The notes beneath the pieces were generated by a model that saw only the letters and a program-made list of their open reading frames with translations, was not told where the DNA came from and ran no database searches. The translations under genes were made by a program, and so were the position numbers. Shown in pieces: positions 26,405 through 38,409 of a stretch of 64,000 nucleotides of DNA. How positions within the stretch are numbered: the first letter of the stretch is position 1; the number at the start of each line of letters is the position of its first letter. The DNA is taken from assembly GCA_020891255.1 (NCBI GenBank), contig BQFW01000008.1, forward strand, positions 1,426,001 through 1,490,000, written 5' to 3'. The stretch comes from Entomortierella parvispora E1425 (Eukaryota > Fungi > Mortierellomycota).

Positions 26405-27125
26405 GCTGAAGGTTGTGTAGTTATAGTAGCTACGAAGTATTGTTTTGTGACGAGTCAAAGTGCTATGTGCGGTGAACGACCTGACTTCTTTTGGGAGGCG
26501 GCTTTGTGAAGGGGCGATCGTTGCGGTGTAAACAAAGAGTGTGAGTGGTAAAACAAGAGCTGCAGTGAGATTTACGCGAAGACCGCAAAGCGTCCAGAAG
26601 GGTGTCCGTTGGCCGAGGCCATGTTCCAGTGGTCTCAAATTTTGCATTGGTTGGGTTCGACAGAAAAAATTTTAGAATTGCATGAAAAAGTAAGTCTCTC
26701 AGAACGCACGCGTCGCACAAGCGGCAATCGTGATTTCCCCCCCTCTCATTTCACTTCTCTCTTTTTTTTCCTTCACCTCACTCCACATTGTAAATATTCC
26801 GACCTAATCAATCGCTGAAAGACCACTGGTATCGTGTACACTTACGAATTCTCATCGATAAAGTCTATCATCCAAAACTCATGTCGTTTTCTAACAGTTT
26901 ATTGTCGCGCCTCTGGAAAGATCCGTTGTATATATTTCACTCCAACAGTACCAATTGAGAGCAATTGAAAGCAGGTATGGATGCCACCTTTTTTTTATTA
27001 TCCCTCGTTTGAGATAAGCTCCTTTGTTACCAAAGAATAAGACAAATCCTGACGACTGATGAGCTTCATTTATGCGACTCGAACCGCAAAGGACTTGCAT
27101 CCTTCTACTCCACCGCCAAAAAAAA

Positions 27126-30100
27126 ATGGTTTACGCACTTCGCAACCGAGACGCCAAGGGCGTCAAGTCTACAGGCCAAACCCCTCACACTACAGTAAAG
27201 AAACAAATCACCAAAAAGAAAATGACCAACACCAAGAGTGCCGAGGGCCCTTCAGCTTCGACTGCAAAGCCAGATGGAGGCACGATCTTGCCCATTGACG
27301 CAAAGGATACGCACAAAAAGCACATTCCCGATGGCAAGGACCACCATATTGTGGAGCAAGATGGCCGTGATCGTCACCACATCTGGTACGAAGACTTTGT
27401 GCCGGGCAAGGATGTTTCCAAGGGTCATCATAAGGGAGGAGCCGTGGCCAGCCACGCTGACATTCCCGCGCCAGGCCCTCAAGCTCGTGGCCGTCGTGGC
27501 TCTGCCTCCAAGAAAGAGTCCCACTCGACCGCCGCTTCCTACGTTCATCCCGCGCCCCTTGTGATCCAGGTCGACCATTCCCACAAGAAGCACGCCTTGG
27601 ATGGAAAGGATCACCACGTCGTCGAGGCTGACGGACGTGACCATCACCATATTCGCTACAGCGAGTCGTCTTCGTCCTCGAGCGAGCACCTGGCCTCAAG
27701 CAAGGCACACAAGACAACGGCCCACTCCGATGCTGCCTCAGCTTCCCATGCCGCCACTGCTCACTCCACCGCTGCCACAAAGACCCACACTCCTCTCCAC
27801 GGGGTTGGATCCACAGTCGGGCACGGTCAACAGGCCACTACCCGCCACTATGAGGCTACAGACACCGTCACCACCACGACCACCACGACGACCAAGCTCG
27901 GAGAGGAGCACCCTCATCGTCCTCACACCAAGGACGAGGGTGCCATTCGTCTTTTGGCCCAAAAGTCTCAACATGATCGTGCCAAGGCCCGTGAGGCTAT
28001 CCTGTCCTTGGACGGGGATGTGATTCAGCTCCAAAAGTTGCTCCACGACAAAGAGTTGGCCCTCCGCAAGGCCGAGTCGCGCTCGGATGAGTTGCAGCAC
28101 CGGACCACGATCCATACCGAGACCTTGACCAAGGAGGTCCACGAGTTGGAGACCACGATCCGGGATCTACGTTCGCATTTGAAACAGAAGGAGGAGGCCC
28201 TGAAGGCCACTCATCACCAGGTCCAAAAGTTGTCTACGGACAACAAGAAGGAGCACGAGAAGGCCGAACAGCAGTCTCACAAGGTCCAGAAGGATTTGGC
28301 CATCGCCAACTCTCAGCGCGAGAAGCTCGCTCGGCAGATTCAAGAACTAACGATGACCCTGCATGATCGCGAGCAGACTCTCAAGACCACCCAGTCCACG
28401 GTCAAGAGTCTGGAAAAGGCCACTAGCTCTCAGTCCAAGGAGACCCAAAAGCTGAGCTATGAACTCATGGCCATGAAAATGAGTATGGCTGATCGTCAGG
28501 CCGAGCTCAAGGAATGCCACGCTCAGATCAAGACTCTCGAAGGTGAACACCATAAGGTCGAGACCTTGACTGGTCAGCTGATGAACCTCCGCGGTCAGCT
28601 TTTAGAGCGCGAGAACAACCTCAAGGAGCTCGAGAAGGAGAACAAGACCTTGAACAAGGACCATGTCAAGGCGAACCAATTGACCGATGAGGTCAAGGCC
28701 CTGAAACACAACATCCAGGAGAGCGAGGGTCAATTGAAGAAAGCCCAGACGGCCGTTGATCATCTCGGAGCATTCCGCGACCGTGCTGCGACCCTGGATG
28801 TGGAGGTCCGTAATCTTCGCGACCAGGTCGACTTGCATGAGAAGCACGAGACTGATCTGGAGAATGCCTTGATGGAGCACGAGCACTGCTCGATCCAGTC
28901 CAGGGAGCTCCAGGGTCAAATCAGTCTCCTTCAGGCGCGCCTGAATGAAAAGAACTCTGAGATCAAGAACTTACAAAACTCGAACCAGACTCTTCATCAC
29001 AAGGATGAGCAGCGCATCTCCTCCCTGAAGAGCGAGGTCCAGATCTTACTTGGGGAGATGGCCGCCAAGGAACTTGCCGCCAAGAAGCTGAAGGAGAAGG
29101 CCGACGTGGACCATGCCAGGCTCAACTCGACTGCTGGCACTTTGAAGATTGAGGTCTTGGCCCTTCGTCAGCAATTGACGGACAAGAACGCGGAGTTCAA
29201 GAATGCTGAAAAATCCATGCAGGAGAATATGGGCCAAGTCAAAGACCAGAACCAGCACCTCTCGGTCGAGATTCGCCGCTTGGAGTCCATGATCGCTGCT
29301 AAGGACAAGCATGCAGCTGATCTTGACAGGGTCATCGCCAACATGAACCAGCAGGCTGACCGTGCTGACCGTCTTGAGGGCGAGGTCAAGCAGCTCCAGA
29401 ATGACACCAAGAAGGCCAGTAGGGACCTCGCTGCCGCATCCAGCAACTCTCATCAGTTGTCGACTCAGATCCAGTCTCTTCGTGGACAATTGTCCGAGAA
29501 GGAAAAGGAACTCAAGGCAGCTGACAAGACCGCCAAGGAGTTGGAGTCCAAGTCCAAGGAGATCAACACCCTCATCGCAAAGTTGTCTGGTGTTGAAAAG
29601 ACGTCTCATGACAACCTTGAGCGTGCTCGCCATGCTGAGGAGACCTCCAAGGACTTGAAGAGTGAGATCAAGTCGCTCGAGGATCGCCTTGGTTCTCTCC
29701 AGAGTCAGCTCCAGAATAAGGAGCTGACCTTGCAGCAGACCTTGGAGAAGTCCAACAAGGACCATGAGGAGGGTGTCTATCACATTGAGGAGATGCGTGC
29801 ATTGGTCTCTGAGCTGAGAACTCAAATGATGGAGGCTGAAAAGGACACCAAGGCCCAGATCAAGGCCAAGGAGGACCAGATCAAGAACTTGCAGAAACAT
29901 CTTGCTGGCATCGAGAAGAGCGATGCATCCAAGGTATTTCTTTTTCTTTTTTTTTGTTCATTGTAATTTATCAAAATTGCATTGACATCTAACCTGGTAA
30001 TTTCACGTTTCATCATAGATCGCCGAGCTCAACCACGAGATCCAAAAGGAAACTGCCCATTTGCGCGAGAAGGAAAAGACGATCCATGACTTCCAGCAAA

Positions 30101-30636
30101 AGATGACTGAGCAGACCCACGAGATTGGTCGTCTCAACACTGCCATTCAACAAGCCCGTTCAGAGCTCACCCAGGAGCGCAGCCGTCACGCTTCTGCGAT
30201 CCAAGAGACTGTCCAGGCCCAGACGAGCCAGTTCCAGCAGACCAAGAACAAGCTCGAGCACCAGATCACCGATCTCCAGCACGCCAGCCAGGCCCAGATG
30301 GCGCAGGCTCAACAGCAGAAGACCCAGAGCGAGCACACCATCGCAGAGCTCCAGGACCAGTCCTCCAAGCTTCAGAACGACATTATGACTTTGGAAACTC
30401 GCATGCGTCAGGAAATGACCACCACCAAGGAGTTGACCGATATGTTGGCCCAGCTTCGCAAGAGCATGAAGCATGACTCTGAGGCCGAGCTCAAGAAGTT
30501 GGACGAGCTCGAGCTCGAGATCAAAAACCGAAGCACCATTGTCGAGGAGTCTATCCAGGTCACTCGAGGTCGCATGGACAGCGGTGCCTTCTTGGATCAG
30601 AGCCAGCAGCAACACCAGCAGGTTCAACAACACTAA
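27126..30636 (+). CDS. Large uncharacterised protein (1141 aa): His/Thr/Ser-rich N-terminus plus ~850-aa coiled coil
   Basis: 2808-nt exon, intron 29934-30018 (GTATTT..CATAG), 618-nt exon in frame; strong C/G-ending codon bias; continuous heptads; TATATA at 26929-26934. Confidence 0.9.
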
Positions 30637-30766
30637 AGTGCCTTCCCTTGGCATGTAAATAGGTTAATAGGTTTTTGTCATCAATAAAAATAAAAAAAAT
30701 AAAAACTTGTGTATTTCTATGCATTATGTCCCTTTCGGCGACCTTCAAAAAGGATGTGGTATATGA

Positions 30767-33700
30767 TTATGAATCCTCTTCAGAGAACAGTGCAACATTT
30801 GTATGAATAGTACTCAAAGGAGGTCGCTGAAGACCTGTTCGAGCAGAGTGGCTGGCGCTTGTTCCGTCGCCATGACTGGAGTGCCCTCGCTGGCGGCTCC
30901 TACTTCTGGACCTCCTCCTAGCAGCTGCACCACCTTCCCTATCACGAGCGGTCGCTCGCATCGATCCTGTTCTAGAATGAGAGGGAGATGCAGCGCCTCC
31001 TCTGCCAGCAACAGACCCTGCGGTGGCCGATGATTCATCTGCAGACTGATCACTGAAAACAGGCGAGTGAAGCGGCCGACCCCTGCCTGGAGTGGCTCTT
31101 GTTCCAACCAGTCTCTCTACACCAAGCGCTCTAGGAGGCACCGCAAGCGTACGTTGGTGATGGGCCGTACGAAATGCAGGATTCTGAGGCGTTGCAAGAG
31201 ATGAATGGATTTGACTTTGACTCTGTCGCGTTAGAAGTGCTCGGTCAGCACCAAGAAGGTCATTTGCTATGCTTTCCCGAGTCTTGTCCAAAATCTTGTC
31301 ATCCAAACTATCAATGCCGCCGCCAGTCCCGTCTTCATCTGCACTGTATATTCCTCTTCCATCATTGTTCACAGTCGTCTCGTCATCGTCTTCGTAATGA
31401 GACCCTTCTTCCTCCCATTCATCAAGCTCTTCTTCGTCCTCGATACCATCGTCTACAGCTCCATAAGTACCCCCAAGTCTAAACAATCGCAATCGCCTCT
31501 CGCGCAAAAGTCTTTGTTGGCGCTCTTTAGCCCGCTGCCGTTTCCGGCTCTCCTTCTTTTCCCTGGCCTCCCACGCGAGAAGTCGTTTCAAGGTTTGGTC
31601 GCAAGAATCTGTGAGAATCCTGAACTGCTTGGAATACTCGATTAGGTGTTGCCAGTGCACGGCTGCGATGGTCACGGTACCATCTGGATTGCTCCGATGG
31701 ATCGTGCTGAATGACAACGGGGTGTTTGCTGGCGATTGGCGATGAGAGCTATTGCGACCTTGTGCCGACGAGCCTGTCGGTGCCGAAATCCCTGCGGCAG
31801 CAGCAGCAGCAGAAGCGGGCCATGCAGTGATGCTGAATTGTGAGCTAGACTGAGAGGATGAGCCAGTTCCATGGTAGGTGCCTGTTGATTCCACATTCAT
31901 GTATGACCGTGCTTTCGCTATGGAATGCCTGTGGATGGAGCTCGTAGAAGTGACATCACGCGAAATAGATGGGCTCAAATACGAAGAGTCTGTATCGTCC
32001 TCTTTCTCCAGGTACTCTAGAATACTCTCGGAATTGGACTCTACAGCCACTTTTGGAGTTGTGACCACATCCTTGCCCTGCAAAACATTGCCGCCTCCGT
32101 CGTAATCCACTCCAAGAACTTTTCGCAACAGCATATCGAAGTCGCGCGATACCTGAATCAGGTTCCGGAGACTGCCCTGACAGGATTTTGGTTGGGCCCC
32201 GTCCACTCCATCAGTTCCTGTGGCTACTGATTGAGAGACGAGACTTTGCAGCCTCTGCATTCGCTCTGCATGGAGAACATCGTCGCTTGAAGACTCGTTC
32301 CGACTACCCATACCGTCGTCCGTTTCTCCTTGCTCCGGGTCTTGTTCACTGGGCGACTGTACTAGTCGGTCTCCATGCTCGAGAAACCTCTCACTTCTAC
32401 GCAGTTGGGTTTGGACCACATGCCTACGCATCTTTTTGCTTAAAAGTTCAGACACTAAGGACGCCAGAAACGTCAACGTGACAATACCGACCAAGCAATA
32501 GGCAAGGAAGAGAGATTGCCCCGCCAATGTCGACGGTACCAAATCACCATATCCAATAGTTGAGAAAGCAACGAAACTGAAATACATGGCCATTCCAAAA
32601 CTCCATCCCTCGAGTGACTGAAAGACCGCGGCTCCAATTAACCAAAAGGACATAAACAGCAAAAAGCTGAAACGGAGTCGTCGGTTGTATTCCTCTATGC
32701 TCTCCTCATGCGCCAGTTGTTTGTCTGCCTCGCGCTGCTCTTTGGCTGTTGGTTGCACCTCTGCGATCCGCGAAAAAGATTCAGCCCTTCGCCATCCCAA
32801 GGCACGACCCGTGGCCCTGTAAATATACTTGATGGCCCAGAGTACGAGCCCAAGGAACGACCTATGGCGTGGGATACTTGATAGGGATCCCGTCTTTTCT
32901 TTGTTCCTGGTTTGCGTGGCAGATGTGGTGTTTTGAACCTCTTGATCACTATTCCTGTTTTCGTTGAATATATCGTCGATAGCCTTCCCAAAGGCCGCGC
33001 TACCATGCGTAGGGGAGCTTGCCGACCGTGTCATTCCGATTATATGATGGTCCTTCGCTTCATCCTGGTCTGGCGAAGGCCCGGTTGCAAAAAGAGAGCT
33101 CAGAAAATCACCCGATGGGGCCTCGGTCGTACCACTCTTTTTCTGGTTGTCTTCGCTGGGGTTGCCGTTTTCGTTCCCAAAATGACCAGAGAGTCGCTTA
33201 CTGCTTCCGTGGATTGTAAAGTGTTTTGGTAGAATAGAAAAATAATGAGATCGATTGTTTTGACTGGGATCCAGCATGGATGCTCCGTTTGTCAAGGCTA
33301 GTTGCCTCAAGGTTTCCTTGACTCGTCTCCGTTTTTCTTTTTCACGCAATCGCTCTTCTCTCCTTTCACGTCGGCGGGCTTCTCTCTTCAGCTTACGCTC
33401 CTTGGCTCTCAAGGCGAATTGGTGATGTAGGTCCTCTAGGATAACGTAGCGAATCGCGTTGACGGCCATGGCTAATTTTTCAGTTCCATGGTTAAGAACG
33501 AATCGTCAGAATGATTTATCACTGCGAGTTTTTCTTGCTTGCCAGAAAAAAAAAGGAAAAAGACAATATTGACAGTTTGACACTTACCAAAAAGAACAAT
33601 GCCTCCAGCGCCATAAAAGACGACAAATACCCGACCAGCTGAAGTCTCTGGGACCGTGTTACCAAATCCAATGGTGGTAATGGTCACCATCACAAAAAAT

Positions 33701-35100
33701 CTATCGTAAGTTGGAGCAAGATTCATGAGTTTTCAATCCTGCACATTCTTGAGCATTGACGAGCTGCGATGCCTCAATACTCTTACAGTGATTTGAGGAA
33801 TGTCCATTTCTCAATCCAAATAAAGATCAAAGCTCCAATGGCCAAGTAGAAACATAGCGACATTGCCTCCGCAATCAGAATACGCTGCTTGTGGGTGACA
33901 CCGGAACCATGGAGACGAAAGTGTGGAGTCCTGTAGATATCAATCGACAGCATCACAGTCGCAGACATCGAAAAAACCATCGACGCCACCATGGTCCAAA
34001 ATCTATGTTCAAGAACAGAAATCGAAAACGACGCGCGAAATTAGATATTTACAGTCCATTTTCCGCTGGCAAAAGCTGTTTGCTGGTAGTTACCCTTCCA
34101 TATAAACGTAACCCTTGGACTGTGGATATTTTAGACAAAACGGAACAATCACCCCAACGCACAAAAAGTCTGATCGACGACGAGCTTTATGTTAATATAT
34201 TCTCCTCGTGATAACCCATCTGCAATTAGAACATCAGTTCATCTCTTTTCTACATACCTTGAAGAGAAGCTGCGATGAGGCTTAAAACAACGCTGTGCCA
34301 GACATGCCTTTCTAGAAATCGAGATAGCACACAAATGTTGCAAAGGATGGCCATTACAAGAGCACCAATGACCATAGCGCTCATCCAGTTGGGAACAGAA
34401 ATCTCCTGCGGATCACTCCAGACCTTTGTCGCCGGATTGAATCTAATTTTTGATGTGCGCGATTAAAAAGAGGGGTTACTAGAATCCGTTGAGTGTAACC
34501 ACAACCACATGCAATGCATTGCGGGATGATGACATACTCGGATAAACCGACCCATGGTGAAGTCAGAGATGGTACGTTGATCAAGATCGAAACCCGACAT
34601 TCAATCAAGGACCACAGGACTGATTAGCTCATTGCCCTTTAAAGGTCAAGTCGTTGGTCTATATGGAAATGCTATGTACTCACTGGGATGATACATCCAA
34701 TCGCCAGGGGCAATACTCGATAGTGGGACTCGAGCTCATTGATATCTGCTGGGACATGGGTCTTGAACCCTGCATGATGATGACCAAGGGTCGTGTCCTT
34801 TGGTCTTGTTTTTGCGGTTAGTGATCGAAGGAGGCCTAGAATCCTCCTAGACCGCACGGGAGGGGGTTGTTTCGGTGGATCTACGTTGTTCCCTCTTTCA
34901 ATGTCCCTGATAGCATCCGTCTCTCCTCCACCTGGGAATCCTTGTTTTAGGACGCGAGGAGTGCCGAGAGGACCATCGGATTCGCGCAAAATCTCTAGGC
35001 GTGGATCAAAGTCACCTGCAGAAGGTCGATGTTCACTCCTGCTACTCAGCGACGAGGCGTCGTCTGCGTTGTAGAGGGTCTTTGGCATCCTTGTAAACAT
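30767..35100 (-). CDS. TOK1: Two-pore-domain outward-rectifying K+ channel Tok1
   Basis: N-terminal TM block, pore 1 FFVMVTITTIGFGN, pore 2 YFSFVAFSTIGYGDLVP, long low-complexity C-tail. One intron acceptor appears non-canonical (see findings). Confidence 0.92.
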
Positions 35101-35679
35101 GGTAGATGCTTGAGGAATGAATGTCCGAGATGGAAGGAGCGGCGAATGGTCAGATGGACCCTGAGTTGCTTTTTTGGAGCGAGACTTGTCCTTTTTAAGG
35201 TTGACACATGCCCAGGGACAGAAAGCGCGTGTGCGGAGACAGCAAGGGGGAAGCGAATGGAATGAAAGAATGAGGATGGCAGTAGCAATGCCAATGAGGA
35301 AGAAACAATGAGGGTGAGAGTGGAGAGAAAGAAGAAGAACAAGGAAGAGGAGGTGATTACGCCGCCCTTCCCCTGCTTCGTGCCTCTTTGGCGGGCTGTC
35401 TCTTGGACCATTGGAAGTCGAAAGGAGAAAGGGATGGATGAAAAGAACAACCGCGGACTACAAACCTTGAACTAAGGGCCATCCTGTCCTCCCTCCCGTC
35501 TGCCCTCTCCTGCTCTTGATCGTTGAGCCAGCTTTCTCTTTGTGCACTGCTCCTTCATTTATTCCCGCATGCCTCAATTAGATACAACCGCAGTCATGGT
35601 GAACTCTCTGCTTTTTATTTTATATACAAGGTAAACGCTCGTCTTCATGAGCGGCATGTAGACCGTCTCTCTCCCGGTC

Positions 35680-37549
35680 TTACAAGTCGTAGATCTTGGT
35701 GTACTTGTCGGTCAAGTACTTCACATAGAGCGACGCATCCAAGGGCTTGCCAGTCAAGGCGGTGATCAACTCATCACCAGACTCGCGCAAAGAACCCTGC
35801 TTGTGGATGTTCTCGTTCAACCACTCCTTCAACACATGGAACTCGCCCTTGGCCAGGTGATCCTCCAAGTTGGGGATCGCCTCCTTGGCAGCGCTATAGA
35901 TCTGGACAGCATAGATGGATCCAAGAGTGTAGGTGGGGAAGTAACCAATAAGGCCAAAGGCCCAGTGGGTATCTTGCAAGCATCCAAGACGGTCCTCCTT
36001 GACATCCTTGCCCAAGTACTCCTTCATCTTGGCATTCCAGAGTGCAGGAACCTCGGCAACAGTGATGTCTCCTTCGACCAAAGCCTTCTCGATCTCGTAA
36101 CGGAGAACAACATGGAGAGGGTAGGTGACCTCATCGGCCTCAATACGGATAAAACCAGGCTCGACACGGTTGAAAGCGTTGTAGAACTGCTCCAAAGTGA
36201 CATTCTGGATGCGTTCAACAGTGGGGAAGGTCTCCTTCAACAGGGGAAGAGCGTGGGTCCAGAAGGGCTTACCCAAACCAACCATGCGCTCCCTATTAAA
36301 TAACAAGCGTAGGTAAAAAAATAAAAAAAAGGGTCAGTATTCTTGTCTAATTCACATTCAGCAGAAAAGAATTGAGAAAAACATGCTAGTTTCCGTACCA
36401 CAACAGGGACTGGGACTCGTGGATTCCGAGAGACAAGGCCTGGGAGACGGGGAGATCGCGGTACTCCTTGCTGCGACCCTGCTCATAGAGGGAGTGACCA
36501 GTCTCGTGGATGGTACCGGTGATACCCTCCTGGAGGTCGTTGATGGTGTAACGGGTAGTCATACGGACATCGGTAGGGTGGGCACCACCGGTGAAGGGAT
36601 GGGTCGAGACATCCAAACGACCGCAGTCGGTATCAAATCCAATGTCCTTGGACAGACGATGCGAGTACTCGGTCTGCTTCTGGACATCAAAGTCGCCCTT
36701 GATGGCGCTGTTGTCGTGCTGGAAGTTCTTTTCGGTGATCTTGGCAATCAAAGGCACCAAGTTTGTCTTCAAGTCTCCAAACAAGACCTGGAGACGCTCC
36801 TCCTTGAAACCGGGCTCGTACTTGTCGAGCAAGGCCTGGTAATAACCCTTGTAGCACTCCTCGCCGTCCTTTAATCCGAGGCTGATGCGAGCCTTCTCGT
36901 TGATCTTGCGAGTCTCCTCGCAGAGACCAGCCTCCATGCAGTAGCGAACCTTCTTGCGGAGAAGATCGATCTGGTCCTGAAGGTAAGGGGCAAATTTGGC
37001 GTAGTTGGACTCTTTACGGGCTTCAACCCAGGCATGGGAGGCCTTTGACTGGAGAGCAGCAGCAGCCTTGACGAGCTCAAGGGGATAGACAGTCTCCTCC
37101 TTGTAGAACTTGCGAGAGAGGCGGATGTTGGCGAGCTCGTAGGCGTTCAACTCGCTAGAAAGATCCTGGGCCTTTTGGCGATCCTCAAGTTCCTGGAGAA
37201 TAGAGCCGAGGATGGGCGAGGTATCGAGCTCGTGGGACAAACCGGCCAAGACACTCAACTAGGTACAAAAGAGAAAGAGAGATCCGTAAGAATTAAGAAA
37301 CAATATCCAAGCAACATTGACCAGTAAAAAGTCCACCAAGTCATTCTAATAGGCATGGCCACTCTGTCTTACCTGCTCAGCACGACTCTCCGCAGCCTTG
37401 GCGGGCATCATGACCTCTTGGTCCCACTGGAGAATACCAGAGATACCGTGGACATGGCCAATCTCCTTCATGCGGACGCACAACTTGTCGTAAAGGGAGC
37501 GAACAGACTCGGAGGAAAGCTCGGCGGATGATTTGGCGAGGACGGTCAT
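35680..37549 (-). CDS. Family M32 metallocarboxypeptidase (carboxypeptidase Taq/PfuCP-like), 549 aa, 3 exons
   Basis: The M32 motifs are present in order: WDQEVMMP, HPF, DVRMT, HETGH (HEXXH), HESQS, IRIEADE, GCLQDTHW, GYFPTY. Exons 37549-37373, 37258-36399 and 36292-35680 sum to 1650 nt. Confidence 0.95.
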
Positions 37550-37686
37550 TGTAGATCTGAGCATGCACTGGAGGGGGGAGACAAGATTTAGGTGAGTGAA
37601 TGGAAAGAAAGGAGGGATGAATGTAAGCGATGAGGAATGAAGAGAGCGATCAAGAAGAACGTACGGGCAACAGTTGACAGAGGCGG

Positions 37687-37694
37687 TATTTATA
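37687..37694 (-). promoter_or_regulatory. TATA box (TATAAATA) upstream of the M32 gene
   Basis: Consensus TATAAATA ~140 nt before the ATG at 37549, followed by a CT-rich leader. Confidence 0.55.
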
Positions 37695-37984
37695 GCGAGC
37701 AAGAGAGAGAGAAAGAAGACGACGGAACAGCGGGTTGCGTGATATGTGTTCACAGGAAGGGTGTGGAAGGTGAAGAACAAAGGGACGGGACGTTCCTGTG
37801 CTCGGTCAAGATGTCCGTGTATGGAGCAGATGGCCTGCCCTGGACCACTGTGGGAAAGTGTCTCCAGCGAATGGGACGAGAGCAATGAATCGAAAGTCGA
37901 ATCGATGGCATTCCCGCCCAGATTTGGCAGGCAATTCAACTCGTTTTTTGTTGCCTCTTTCTTTCTGTTTGTGCGTCTGCTTCG

Positions 37985-38032
37985 CTGCTTGTCTGTCTGC
38001 TTGTCTTTCTGCTTGTCTTTCTGCTTGTCTTT
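37985..38032. repeat. 12-bp tandem repeat CTGCTTGTCT(G/T)T x4
   Basis: Four adjacent units, one substitution. Confidence 0.9.
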
Positions 38033-38409
38033 GTCTACAGTACATGTACTGTACATGTACTGTGCCTCCATCTTAGCCCGGCTTGGCTGCTTGGCATTTT
38101 CGCGCCGTCGATGTGCGCCGTCGCTCAAGATGCCCTTCACATTGAGTTTCTTTCTGAAAGACGCCCGTGCCAGGTGGGTGTCACCTATCAAGCTTCCACC
38201 AACTCGGAGATCCGCCTCTTTTTTTTTGGGTTCACATTTGCTTTTTTTTTTTGGTCTTGTCACGCCAAGAGTTTGAAAGCTTTTGCTGAGATGAGGCCAT
38301 TCTGTGCCAGAGTGTCTGCATAAATACAAACTCAACCCCAGAGCTTGCATCAACACGAGGAGGACACGTTCTATATTCATTTCTATGTGTAGGTTTGACT
38401 ATGTACCAT

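Noticed and set aside
29046-29900. 284-aa antisense ORF (also 30160-30654, 35803-36303, 36383-36874, 42022-43197)
   Set aside because: These are shadows of strongly codon-biased or polyQ sense genes; the Leu/Val-rich translations mirror sense codons.
33660-33690. TOK1 pore 1 reads GFGN rather than GYGD
   Set aside because: GFG is a common selectivity-filter variant in two-pore K+ channels.
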